Positions 27,860 through 36,927 of a DNA stretch of 55,758 bases are shown here, in pieces. The stretch's first letter is position 1, and each line of letters opens with the position of its first letter. The translations under genes and the position numbers were made by a program. This DNA comes from Minisyncoccota bacterium (GTDB lineage: Bacteria; Patescibacteriota; Minisyncoccia; Phycocordibacterales; UBA5272), in contig DALYEZ010000001.1 in assembly GCA_031972295.1 (NCBI GenBank), positions 1-55,758 on the forward strand, written 5' to 3'. Under the pieces are notes generated by a model. The model was not told where the DNA came from and searched no databases. It worked only from the letters and a program-made list of their open reading frames with translations.

Positions 27860-30800
27860 ATGGCACGCGTTCAAAAAACCGCAACAAAAACGGTAACTAA
27901 AAAGGCATCGAGTATTCCTGCTACATATGATCCTAAAAAAATAGAACCCATTCTTCAAAAAAAATGGGAAAAAGAAAAACCATTTAAAGCGCTTGCAAGT
28001 GGTAAGACAAAAAAGAAACCTTTTTATGTGCTATCAATGATTCCGTATCCATCAGGAATAGGACTCCATATAGGTCATCCGCGAAGCTACACTGCAACAG
28101 ACATTGTGGCACGTAAAAAAAGAATGGAAGGATTTAATGTCTTAAATCCAATGGGCTACGATGCATTCGGACTGCCTGCCGAGCAATTTGCAATACAGAA
28201 CCAAGTGCACCCCAAGAAAGCTGTCGCAATAAATGTTAAAACTTTTGAAGGACAGCTCAAAAGACTAGGATTTTCTTTCGATTGGGATAGAAAAATAAAC
28301 ACAACAGACCCTGGGTATTACAAATGGACGCAATGGATATTCTTGAAGCTTTACAATTCGTATTACGATACAAATAAAAAGAAAGCACTTTCTATTGATG
28401 AGCTTGTAAAGATTTTTGAGAAAAAAGGAAATCAAAGTATTAATGCTTTTATATCTGATCAAGTTTCTAACTTTACTAAAGATGATTGGAAGAAAATGTC
28501 TCCGTTGCAAAAGCAAGAGGTATTAATGAAGTACCGTCTTGCGTATGAGGGCGTTGCTCAAGTCAATTGGTGTGAAGCACTTGGGACTGTGCTTGCTAAC
28601 GATGAGGTTGTTGATAGTAAAGAGGGGCCTGTATCAGAGCGTGGCGGGTACCCAGTAACAAAGAAGAATGTTCGGCAGTGGTTTTTGCGAATCACTGCGT
28701 ATGCTGACCGACTTTTGTCTGGCTTAGATACGATTGCTTGGCCAAACCACATAAAGGAAATAGAAAAAAATTGGATTGGGAAAAGTGAGGGGGCTGAAAT
28801 ACTATTTAATCTTAATGTACCAGGTCAAGCTGAGGGTAAACATTCAGTAACTGTGTTTACTACTCGACCGGACACACTTTTGGGCGTAACATTTCTTGCG
28901 GTTTCAGCGGAGCTTGCACAAACGTGGCTTAATGTTGGCTGGCAGACAACTGGAGATGTTAAGGAGTATATAGAAAATGTTATTAAGGATCATGAAAAGA
29001 GTGATTTTGATGCATCGAAAGAAAAAACAGGAATTTTTACCCAGATATTTGCCACACATCCCGGAACACAAGAGAAGATTCCTGTTTGGATTGCGAATTA
29101 TGTTCTTCCTGGATATGGTACAGGCGCAATAATGGGAGTGCCAGCACACGATGAACGAGATTATGAATTTGCTCAAACGTATAATCTTCCTATCAAGAAT
29201 GTTATCGACCCAATTTTTGTTCGTGCTGACGTAAAAGATGCTACAAACTTTACTCCAAAAAATAAAATTGTCGCTCTTGTTGAAGCTCCTGACGGCAAGG
29301 TATTAACCATAAACTGGGGCTCAGCACTTGGTGGGCGGCTTCTTGTTGGTGGGACAATCGAAAATGGTGAACAGCCAGGTGAGACAGCATTACGTGAACT
29401 ACAAGAAGAAACAGGTTATTGTAATGGACAGGTTATTTCTGTTGGTGAAGAAATATTTGATTACAAATACTTTGCAACTTCTAAAAATACAGCACACCAA
29501 GCCTTTACTCGTTTCGTACATATAAAACTTAAAGATCTTGAAAATAAAGGTGATGCGCTTGAAGATAATGAGAAAGGTAAATTCAAAGTTGAGTGGATAC
29601 CGAAAGAGCAAGCCAAAAAAGAAATTGTTGAGGTGTTGCATGTATATGCTTTGGAGAAGTTTGGATATAATCTACCGTTTTCTGGCGAAGGTATTGTTGC
29701 TCGATCAGGCGTATTTTCTGGACTCACTTCCGTCCAGGCAAAAAAAGAAATTACAAAATCAGTTGGAGGTAAACTCGTCACTCGATACAAAATGCGTGAT
29801 GCTATTTTTGCTCGACAGCGCTACTGGGGTGAGCCGGTGCCACTCTTTAAAGACAAGGAAGGAATTATTCATGAAGTAAAAAAACTTCCTCTCGCGCTTC
29901 CAAATACAACCTCATATGAACCAACAGGAACCGGCGAAGGTCCGCTCGCAAATATTACCTCTTGGAAAAAAGCTGGCTATGAAACAAACACTATGCCAGG
30001 TTGGGCGGGATCAAGTTGGTATTATTTACGGTATATGGATGCACAAAACAAAAAAGTTTTTGCAGATCCAAAAGAAATAAAATATTGGAACCAAGTAAAT
30101 GTGTATCTAGGTGGAGCGGAGCACGCGACAGGCCACCTTTTGTATGCTCGTTTTTGGCACAAGGTTTTAAAGGATTATGGATTAGTGCCAACAGAAGAAC
30201 CTTTTAAGCAGTTTGTTGCGCATGGTTTGATTCTGGCCTCAGATGGACGAAAAATAAGTAAACGTTGGGGGAATGGAATAAGCCCGGATGAAGTTGTTGC
30301 AACATATGGGGCAGACACCACTCGTCTTTATATTGCCTTCATGGGTCCGTACACTGAATCTATTCCGTGGTCAGACGAAAGTATTATTGGTTGTCGGCGC
30401 TTCATTGAGCGTTTGTATAAGAAAGCCCAGTCTGCTCTAAATGAAAAAGTTTCAACGAGTGATGCTGTTGCCGAAAAAGCAATTCATAAACTTATCGATA
30501 AAGTAACAAAAGATATTGAAAGTTATAGCTTCAATACTGCTGTTGCTAAGGCTATGGAAACAATGAATATAATTGATAGTTGTAAAGTCTCAGTAAAAGA
30601 TTTTTCACTCATGCTTCAAGTGCTTAATCCATTTATTCCACATGTGACAGAATACTTATTCAAAGAGTGTGGCAACAAGGAGGGAATACACACAAGCTCT
30701 TGGCCAAAAGCGAACAAAAAGCTTCTTATTGACGATGAAATTACCATCGGCGTTCAAGTAAATGGAAAACTTCGAGGAACCATCACCGTACCCACTAATT

Positions 30801-30928
30801 CTCTCGAAAATGTAGTCAAAAAGGCTGCCCTAAATGAAGATAATGTGTTAAAATATTTGGAGGGAAAAGAGGTGATAAAGGTGGTTTATGTGCCAAATCG
30901 CATTATAAACATCGTTATTAAGCCATGA
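27860..30928 (+). CDS. leuS: Leucine--tRNA ligase with inserted Nudix hydrolase domain
   Basis: PYPSG.GLHIGH, CP1 FTTRPDT / GTGAIMGVPAHDERD, RQRYWG, GGAEHA, KISKR, QVNGKLR; Nudix box at 29351-29416. Confidence 0.96.
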   Translation: MARVQKTATKTVTKKASSIPATYDPKKIEPILQKKWEKEKPFKALASGKTKKKPFYVLSMIPYPSGIGLHIGHPRSYTATDIVARKKRMEGFNVLNPMGYDAFGLPAEQFAIQNQVHPKKAVAINVKTFEGQLKRLGFSFDWDRKINTTDPGYYKWTQWIFLKLYNSYYDTNKKKALSIDELVKIFEKKGNQSINAFISDQVSNFTKDDWKKMSPLQKQEVLMKYRLAYEGVAQVNWCEALGTVLANDEVVDSKEGPVSERGGYPVTKKNVRQWFLRITAYADRLLSGLDTIAWPNHIKEIEKNWIGKSEGAEILFNLNVPGQAEGKHSVTVFTTRPDTLLGVTFLAVSAELAQTWLNVGWQTTGDVKEYIENVIKDHEKSDFDASKEKTGIFTQIFATHPGTQEKIPVWIANYVLPGYGTGAIMGVPAHDERDYEFAQTYNLPIKNVIDPIFVRADVKDATNFTPKNKIVALVEAPDGKVLTINWGSALGGRLLVGGTIENGEQPGETALRELQEETGYCNGQVISVGEEIFDYKYFATSKNTAHQAFTRFVHIKLKDLENKGDALEDNEKGKFKVEWIPKEQAKKEIVEVLHVYALEKFGYNLPFSGEGIVARSGVFSGLTSVQAKKEITKSVGGKLVTRYKMRDAIFARQRYWGEPVPLFKDKEGIIHEVKKLPLALPNTTSYEPTGTGEGPLANITSWKKAGYETNTMPGWAGSSWYYLRYMDAQNKKVFADPKEIKYWNQVNVYLGGAEHATGHLLYARFWHKVLKDYGLVPTEEPFKQFVAHGLILASDGRKISKRWGNGISPDEVVATYGADTTRLYIAFMGPYTESIPWSDESIIGCRRFIERLYKKAQSALNEKVSTSDAVAEKAIHKLIDKVTKDIESYSFNTAVAKAMETMNIIDSCKVSVKDFSLMLQVLNPFIPHVTEYLFKECGNKEGIHTSSWPKANKKLLIDDEITIGVQVNGKLRGTITVPTNSLENVVKKAALNEDNVLKYLEGKEVIKVVYVPNRIINIVIKP

Positions 30929-30984
30929 TTTGACAAATTTATAGAAGTATCTTAATATAATAAGTAATTGTCCTATTAAAGTTT

Positions 30985-32016
30985 ATGTCTACACTAACAT
31001 TTAAGCCAAAACAGGTTACCAAAAAGCTTCTCTCACCGCTCTCAGGAAGGGCTAAAGATGTTGTTACTAGTCGTTTCGGTATTACAGATGGCGCTGAACG
31101 AAAGACCCTTGAGGCGATTGGAAAACAGTACGGCATTACTCGTGAACGAGTTCGACAAATCGAACAATTCGCCCTCTCTACAATTAAAAAGTCCGATACA
31201 TTTGGAGAATTTACTCACGTTTTTGCTGAGCTTAAACAAGCGATTCATAAACTTGGCGGCATTGTTGCAGAGCATGACTTTTTAGGTAAAGTTTCTAAAG
31301 ATGCTGAAACACAGAATCATGTGCACTTTTATCTCACACTTGGAGATGATTTTAAAAAACATAAAGAGGACGACAGTTTTCATCACCGATGGACTATTAA
31401 TCAAAAGGTAACAGACATTGTTCACAATGCTCTCACTGAGCTCTACGCAGGTTTGGATAATGAAGAGTTGGTAAGTGAAAATCATATTATCGACACTTTT
31501 ACTGCAAAACTAAGTGAACTTGCTCCAGAATATCGCAGTGAAGAAATAATTAAGCGTTACCTTACAATCTCAAAATCAATTGGCAAAAATGCTCTTGGTG
31601 AGTGGGGAAAGACATCATCACCACATATTCACACACGTGGAATTAAAGATTATGCATACCTTGTAATGCGAAAGTTTGGCTCACCAATGCACTTCAAGGA
31701 CGTAGCGAAAGATATTTCAAAATACTTTGGCAAAAAGGCACACGTTGCAACGACGCACAACGAACTCATTAAGGATGAACGATTTGTACTTGTTGGACGA
31801 GGAGTATACGGACTTCGAGAATGGGGACATGTAGGTGGTGTAGTGCGTGACGTTATTGTGGAGGTGCTTAAGGAGTCAAAAAAACCAATGAGCAAAGAAG
31901 CTATCATTGATCAGGTACTTAAAAAACGTGTCGTGAAAGCAAATACTATTGCTGTAAATCTTCAAAACACTGATTTCTTCAAGAAAACAAAAGAAGGACT
32001 CTACGACTTAGCATAA
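30985..32016 (+). CDS. Sigma70 region-4 HTH plus tandem winged-helix (HARE-HTH/RNAP delta-like) protein
   Basis: TLEAIGKQYGITRERVRQIE; L...GSPMHFKDV...HNELIKDERFVLVGRGVYGLREWG. Confidence 0.78.
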   Translation: MSTLTFKPKQVTKKLLSPLSGRAKDVVTSRFGITDGAERKTLEAIGKQYGITRERVRQIEQFALSTIKKSDTFGEFTHVFAELKQAIHKLGGIVAEHDFLGKVSKDAETQNHVHFYLTLGDDFKKHKEDDSFHHRWTINQKVTDIVHNALTELYAGLDNEELVSENHIIDTFTAKLSELAPEYRSEEIIKRYLTISKSIGKNALGEWGKTSSPHIHTRGIKDYAYLVMRKFGSPMHFKDVAKDISKYFGKKAHVATTHNELIKDERFVLVGRGVYGLREWGHVGGVVRDVIVEVLKESKKPMSKEAIIDQVLKKRVVKANTIAVNLQNTDFFKKTKEGLYDLA

Positions 32017-32045
32017 GAATTCTATAAGTTTGGTATAATAGCGTA

Positions 32046-33410
32046 ATGAATTACCTCGGGGCAATCATTACGCTATTATTTTTTATTGCACTTTCTGCAG
32101 GACTCGGCATACTCTGGTGGCGACACTGGGTACGACACGTGCAGGCTCAATTCCTAAACTCTATAAAATGGATTTTACTTGAAGTACGTTTACCTCGAGA
32201 TCTTTTTAAGTCACCTCTTGCTATGGAAATGTTTCTCACTTCTTTGCATCAAGGGGGTGGAACAAGTACATGGTATGCAAAATTTTGGGATGGAAAAGTT
32301 CGTAATTGGTTTTCATTAGAAATTGCTTCATTGGAAGGGGATGTGCGTTTCTTTATTCGTACCAATGGTAAGTTTAAAAATGCAATTGAGTCTGCGCTGT
32401 ATGCACAGTATCCAGGAATAGAAATAACAGAAACTGAAGACTACACAAACTATCTTCGTTACGATCCAAAAGAACACGATGTTTGGGGAAACGATTTTGC
32501 CCTAGTAGGTGAAGACGCTATTCCAATACGTACTTACGTAGACTATAAGCTCGACAAAGACCCTAAAGAAGAATTTAAAGTTGACCCAATAGCGCCCCTT
32601 ATTGAATGGATGGGTTCAGTGAAAAAAGGTGAGCAGATCTGGTTTCAGATTATTTGTCGTGCGGTTGATGGAAAGTTTGATACTTGGAAACTAGATGCAC
32701 AAAAAGCGCTGAACAAGATTTATTACGGACTTGAGCTTACAAATGATGAAGTAAAAGAAAAAATAAAAGAAGCGAAGGCTGAACTCGCAGAAGCTCGAAA
32801 AACAGATGATAAGGCTCGGGGGAATGTTCCAGAAGCAAAAAAAGATTCAGATCTCTCATATACAGATAAGCAAAAAGTTGAAGCGATTTATAACAATATT
32901 TCTAAACCTGGCTTCGAGGTGATGATTCGTGTTGCGTATATTGCAGATAAGAAACATTTTGATCCAAGAAATATTGATGCAGCAACAGGGTGTTTACGTC
33001 AATTTGGACATGGAAACTTCAATGGTTTTAGACCAGAAAATACAACGAGCTTCGATTTCCCTTGGGAAGATAGTACGGGAATTAAGTTAATTGGTAAAAA
33101 AGACGAAGCTGTCGCTAAAATTCAAAAACGAAAAGGCTTCTACAAGGCTCATAGCAATGAAGATTGGTATAACGGAATTCCGAGCGGTATACTTCATGAT
33201 GTTTGGGAGGCTTTTAAAATTCGGTTTTTCTCAGTTGATCCGATAAAGGCGTTTAAAAAACCATCTGTAAAAGATGACCCAACTCGTTTTATATTAAATA
33301 CGGAAGAGCTCGCAACGGTATACCATTTCCCTGGACAAGTCTCAGCTGCGCCGTCGCTCAAACGTATTGGATCTACAAAGGCAGAACCACCTATTAATTT
33401 ACCACTCTAA
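32046..33410 (+). CDS. Conserved hypothetical membrane-anchored protein
   Basis: N-terminal TM; WFSLEIAS, ESALYAQYPGIEI, FILNTEELATVYHFP; own TGn-TATAAT box. Confidence 0.75.
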   Translation: MNYLGAIITLLFFIALSAGLGILWWRHWVRHVQAQFLNSIKWILLEVRLPRDLFKSPLAMEMFLTSLHQGGGTSTWYAKFWDGKVRNWFSLEIASLEGDVRFFIRTNGKFKNAIESALYAQYPGIEITETEDYTNYLRYDPKEHDVWGNDFALVGEDAIPIRTYVDYKLDKDPKEEFKVDPIAPLIEWMGSVKKGEQIWFQIICRAVDGKFDTWKLDAQKALNKIYYGLELTNDEVKEKIKEAKAELAEARKTDDKARGNVPEAKKDSDLSYTDKQKVEAIYNNISKPGFEVMIRVAYIADKKHFDPRNIDAATGCLRQFGHGNFNGFRPENTTSFDFPWEDSTGIKLIGKKDEAVAKIQKRKGFYKAHSNEDWYNGIPSGILHDVWEAFKIRFFSVDPIKAFKKPSVKDDPTRFILNTEELATVYHFPGQVSAAPSLKRIGSTKAEPPINLPL

Positions 33411-33412
33411 TT

Positions 33413-34324
33413 ATGAAAACGGTTCCAATTCTTTTTGGGTTTGTATTTTTTATTTTGCTTTTTACACACAGCACACCTCTTTCGTGCGGACCGCTTGCTA
33501 TAACGGTTGAAAAAAATGACTCTGTTCACGATGTGGCAACAAAACTAAAAGAAGCTGAGTGCATCTATTCGAAAGGTTTATTTGAAAAATACGGCGTACT
33601 TTTTGGTGTCCATGTTCAGGAAGGGTTTTACGATATTCCTACTCGAAAAAACTTTTTCGAGTATTTGTTTCTTTTTGAAAAGAGTACCTATCGAAAAGCA
33701 ATTCGAGTGACAATTCCTGAAGGTTCAACAAATAAAGAAATAGCTGCTTTGTGTGCTCAAAAACTTTCACAATGTAACCCAAAACGTTTTCTAGAAAAAA
33801 CGAAGAATAAAGAGGGGTATCTTTTCCCCAACACGTACGAATTTATTGGAAACGAGACCGAAGACGCTCTTATTGCGGTTGCAGAGAAGGAATTTATTAT
33901 ACAGACACAGAATATTCTGACTCAACTTTCTGAACCAGAAAAGAAAAAAATTATAATTTTGGCTTCTATTTTAGAAAAAGAGGCTAATACAGAAAAAGAT
34001 ATGCGAATTGTTTCAGGAATTCTCTACAAACGACTCAAAATTGGAATGGCGCTTCAGGTAGATGCAACTCTTTTTTATGAGCGCGGAAAAACATCTGCCC
34101 AATTAACCACCTCCGATCTTGCAAAAAATTCTCCTTATAATACGTATGTAAATACTGGATTACCACCAACTGCTATTTCAAATCCGGGGAAAGTGGCGCT
34201 TCTTGCAGCACTAAGCCCAGAAACTACTTCGTACTTATTCTATTTAACGGGTGACAATGGGGAGATGTATTATGCACGCACGCACGAAGAGCATGTACAG
34301 AATAAAGCGCTTTACCTTAAGTAA
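33413..34324 (+). CDS. mltG: Endolytic transglycosylase MltG
   Basis: VTIPEG, EGYLFPNTY, LASILEKE (catalytic Glu), LQVDAT, SPYNTY..GLPPTAISNPG, YLFY. Confidence 0.95.
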   Translation: MKTVPILFGFVFFILLFTHSTPLSCGPLAITVEKNDSVHDVATKLKEAECIYSKGLFEKYGVLFGVHVQEGFYDIPTRKNFFEYLFLFEKSTYRKAIRVTIPEGSTNKEIAALCAQKLSQCNPKRFLEKTKNKEGYLFPNTYEFIGNETEDALIAVAEKEFIIQTQNILTQLSEPEKKKIIILASILEKEANTEKDMRIVSGILYKRLKIGMALQVDATLFYERGKTSAQLTTSDLAKNSPYNTYVNTGLPPTAISNPGKVALLAALSPETTSYLFYLTGDNGEMYYARTHEEHVQNKALYLK

Positions 34325-34347
34325 ATAACTAAGTACAATCAAAACAC

Positions 34348-34899
34348 ATGAAATCAGAACTCCTTGCATTTATCGATGTTGAAACAACGGGTTTGGATGC
34401 CGAGAAGCATGAAATTATTCAGCTTGCGTGCGTTATTGCAAAACAAACATCTCGTGTTGGAAAAGGTCCTGAAATAAGCATTGTGGAAGAATTTGAGCTC
34501 AAGGTAGCCCCAACTCGATTACAGGATGCGGAAGAAGAAGCGCTTCGCATTAATGGTTTTAACGAAATGGAGTGGGTATTTGCCATCGACCTAAAGAATG
34601 CCATGGAACACCTCGCAAAAAAAGCTAAAGGGGCTATTATGGTTGCACATAATCTTACGTTTGATGCTGCTTTTATTGATAAGGCATTCAAAACAACAGG
34701 TGTAGAAAACACGATGCATTTTCAAAGGCTCGATACGCTTTCTATTGCTTTTGCACAACATTACAATAAAACAGAAATTGATAAATACTCATTACGTTAT
34801 CTTTGTGAAATGTATGGTATCAAAAATGAACGTGCCCACACAGCTCTCGCTGATACAAAAGCTTTGTACGAAGTGTATAAAAAAATGATGAATGCATAA
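34348..34899 (+). CDS. DEDDh 3'-5' exonuclease (DnaQ-like)
   Basis: DVETTG, AHNLTFD, HTALAD. Confidence 0.9.
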   Translation: MKSELLAFIDVETTGLDAEKHEIIQLACVIAKQTSRVGKGPEISIVEEFELKVAPTRLQDAEEEALRINGFNEMEWVFAIDLKNAMEHLAKKAKGAIMVAHNLTFDAAFIDKAFKTTGVENTMHFQRLDTLSIAFAQHYNKTEIDKYSLRYLCEMYGIKNERAHTALADTKALYEVYKKMMNA

Positions 34900-35974
34900 C
34901 AATTCTGAAAAAACAGTATTTCTTGGAATGTCAGGCGGGGTAGACTCGTCTGTTTCAGCATATCTATTAAAACAAGAAGGTTACAATGTAGTCGGAGTTT
35001 TTATACAAGTGTGGCAACCAGAAGGTTTCCCTTGTACCGCAAAAGAGGATCGACTCGATGCTATGCGAGTAGCGGCACAGCTTGATATTCCATTCCTTAC
35101 CCTTGACCTGGAGGCGGAGTATAAAAAGGGTGTCATTGATTACATGTTGGAAGAATACAAAAAAGGTAACACGCCAAATCCTGATGTTATGTGCAATAAA
35201 GAGGTGAAGTTTGGCGCATTTTTAAATTGGGCACAAGCACGTGGCGCAGACTATGTTGCAACAGGGCACTACGTTCAGGTAGAGCATGGAGTATCCGAAT
35301 CAAAGATATTCTCCAGTATAGATTCCGAAAAAGATCAGACATATTTTTTATGGACACTTACCCAAAAACAAATAAAACATCTTCTTTTTCCTATCGGTCA
35401 TCTCAAAAAAAGTCAGGTGCGAACGATTGCTGAAAAACAAAATCTCTACACTGCTCCAAAAAAAGATAGCCAAGGGCTATGCTTCGTTGGTACTATTTCA
35501 TTCAAAGAACTCTTAAAACATGAATTAAAGCCAGTTCAGGGTAATGTTTTAAATGAAGTTGGGGATAGTATTGGAACTCACGACGGAGCTATTTTATACA
35601 CAAAGGGGGAGCGTCATGGATTTTCTATTACAAAAAAGACTCCGAATGACGAGAGATTATTTGTTGTTGATAGGGATATACAAAAAAACACCGTTACTGT
35701 CTCGAACCAAGTACCTGAAGAAAATCAAAGGTTACTTTCAAAGCATATTGTACTTCACGAAGCTTCTTTTACTAGAATTCCTTTTTCTGTTGGACAGGCA
35801 TTTCTTGTTCGTTTTCGGTATCGTGCAGAACTTTTTTCCTGCTCAATTATTGAAAATAATTCCGAAACTATTACTCTTGAAATAGATATTCCTGTATCAG
35901 TAACAAAAGGTCAGTCAGCTGTTTTGTATAGTGTGGATAACGTGGAGTTGCGCGGAGGAGGTATAATAAGTTAA
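34892..35974 (+). CDS. mnmA: tRNA-specific 2-thiouridylase MnmA
   Basis: MSGGVDSS, TPNPDVMCN, ATGHY, KDQTYFL, KKDSQGLCF. Confidence 0.97.
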   Translation: MHNNSEKTVFLGMSGGVDSSVSAYLLKQEGYNVVGVFIQVWQPEGFPCTAKEDRLDAMRVAAQLDIPFLTLDLEAEYKKGVIDYMLEEYKKGNTPNPDVMCNKEVKFGAFLNWAQARGADYVATGHYVQVEHGVSESKIFSSIDSEKDQTYFLWTLTQKQIKHLLFPIGHLKKSQVRTIAEKQNLYTAPKKDSQGLCFVGTISFKELLKHELKPVQGNVLNEVGDSIGTHDGAILYTKGERHGFSITKKTPNDERLFVVDRDIQKNTVTVSNQVPEENQRLLSKHIVLHEASFTRIPFSVGQAFLVRFRYRAELFSCSIIENNSETITLEIDIPVSVTKGQSAVLYSVDNVELRGGGIIS

Positions 35975-36426
35975 TGGAATTTTTTCAATCAACTGAAGCA
36001 CAGATTTCTGTCAGAATTATCATAGCTTTAGTTCTCGGACTCGTTATTGGTATCGAGCGTGTTCGGGCACATAAAACAGCTGGCCCGAGAACATATGGTT
36101 TGGTAGCAATGGGTGCTGCACTTTTTGTTGCATCGGGACAGCTTGTAGAAGAGCTCAGTATTGGTCCAGTTGATTCACTTCGTATTGCCGCACAAGTTGT
36201 TGCGGGTATTGGATTTCTTGGAGCTGGAGCCATTATGTTTCGTGATAATCATGTCACAGGACTCACGACAGCAACAGGCCTTTGGGTTGCTGCGGGTATA
36301 GGTATTGCGTGTGGTTTTGGATTCTACACCTTAGCAACAATCGCCACTGTTGCAACGGTTGTGACTTTCACTATTCTTTGGAAGATAGAAGATAAGTTTA
36401 TTGCTCCTCATGACGATGTTAAATAG
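35974..36426 (+). CDS. MgtC/SapB family membrane protein
   Basis: IGIER..HKTAGPRT, RIAAQVVAGIGFLGAG, GLTTATGLW. Confidence 0.93.
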   Translation: MEFFQSTEAQISVRIIIALVLGLVIGIERVRAHKTAGPRTYGLVAMGAALFVASGQLVEELSIGPVDSLRIAAQVVAGIGFLGAGAIMFRDNHVTGLTTATGLWVAAGIGIACGFGFYTLATIATVATVVTFTILWKIEDKFIAPHDDVK

Positions 36427-36895
36427 TTGGGTTGCTCTTGCTCTTTTAGGTGCTGTTGCGGCATCGCTCGGGACTATTTTTGCAAAGGTTGGCCTCGCTG
36501 ACATTCCAGCACACGTGGTGACCACTATTCGTGGAATTGTTATGGCAATTGTAGTTACATTATTTACTCTTTTCATTTCCAAAAAAGTACACGTTTCTTC
36601 ATTTTCAGAATTACCAATCTCGGCTTGGGTTTTTATAGTTCTTTCTGCTGTGTGTGGAGCACTTTCGTGGCTCCTCTTTTTTCAAGCGCTTTCTATTGGT
36701 CCGGCACAAGGAGTAACGGTGCTCGATAAAACGAGCCTTCTGTTTACCCTCATCTTAGCGGCACTTTTCCTGGGAGAATCTTTTACAGTAAAAACTGCAA
36801 TCGGCGGACTTTTTGTACTTCTTGGGACACTCCTTGTTGCGCTTCCGTGGGCATCTTTTGAGTCGTTTTTTCGATCTATTGGATTCATAAAGTAA
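36410..36895 (+). CDS. EamA (DMT) family single-domain transporter
   Basis: IFAKVGL, T.IR, LSWLLFFQAL, VLDKTSLLFT..LA.LFLGE; alternative ATG at 36416. Confidence 0.85.
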   Translation: MTMLNSWVALALLGAVAASLGTIFAKVGLADIPAHVVTTIRGIVMAIVVTLFTLFISKKVHVSSFSELPISAWVFIVLSAVCGALSWLLFFQALSIGPAQGVTVLDKTSLLFTLILAALFLGESFTVKTAIGGLFVLLGTLLVALPWASFESFFRSIGFIK

Positions 36896-36927
36896 TCACT
36901 GTTATACTCGAGACATAAGACTTGCGT

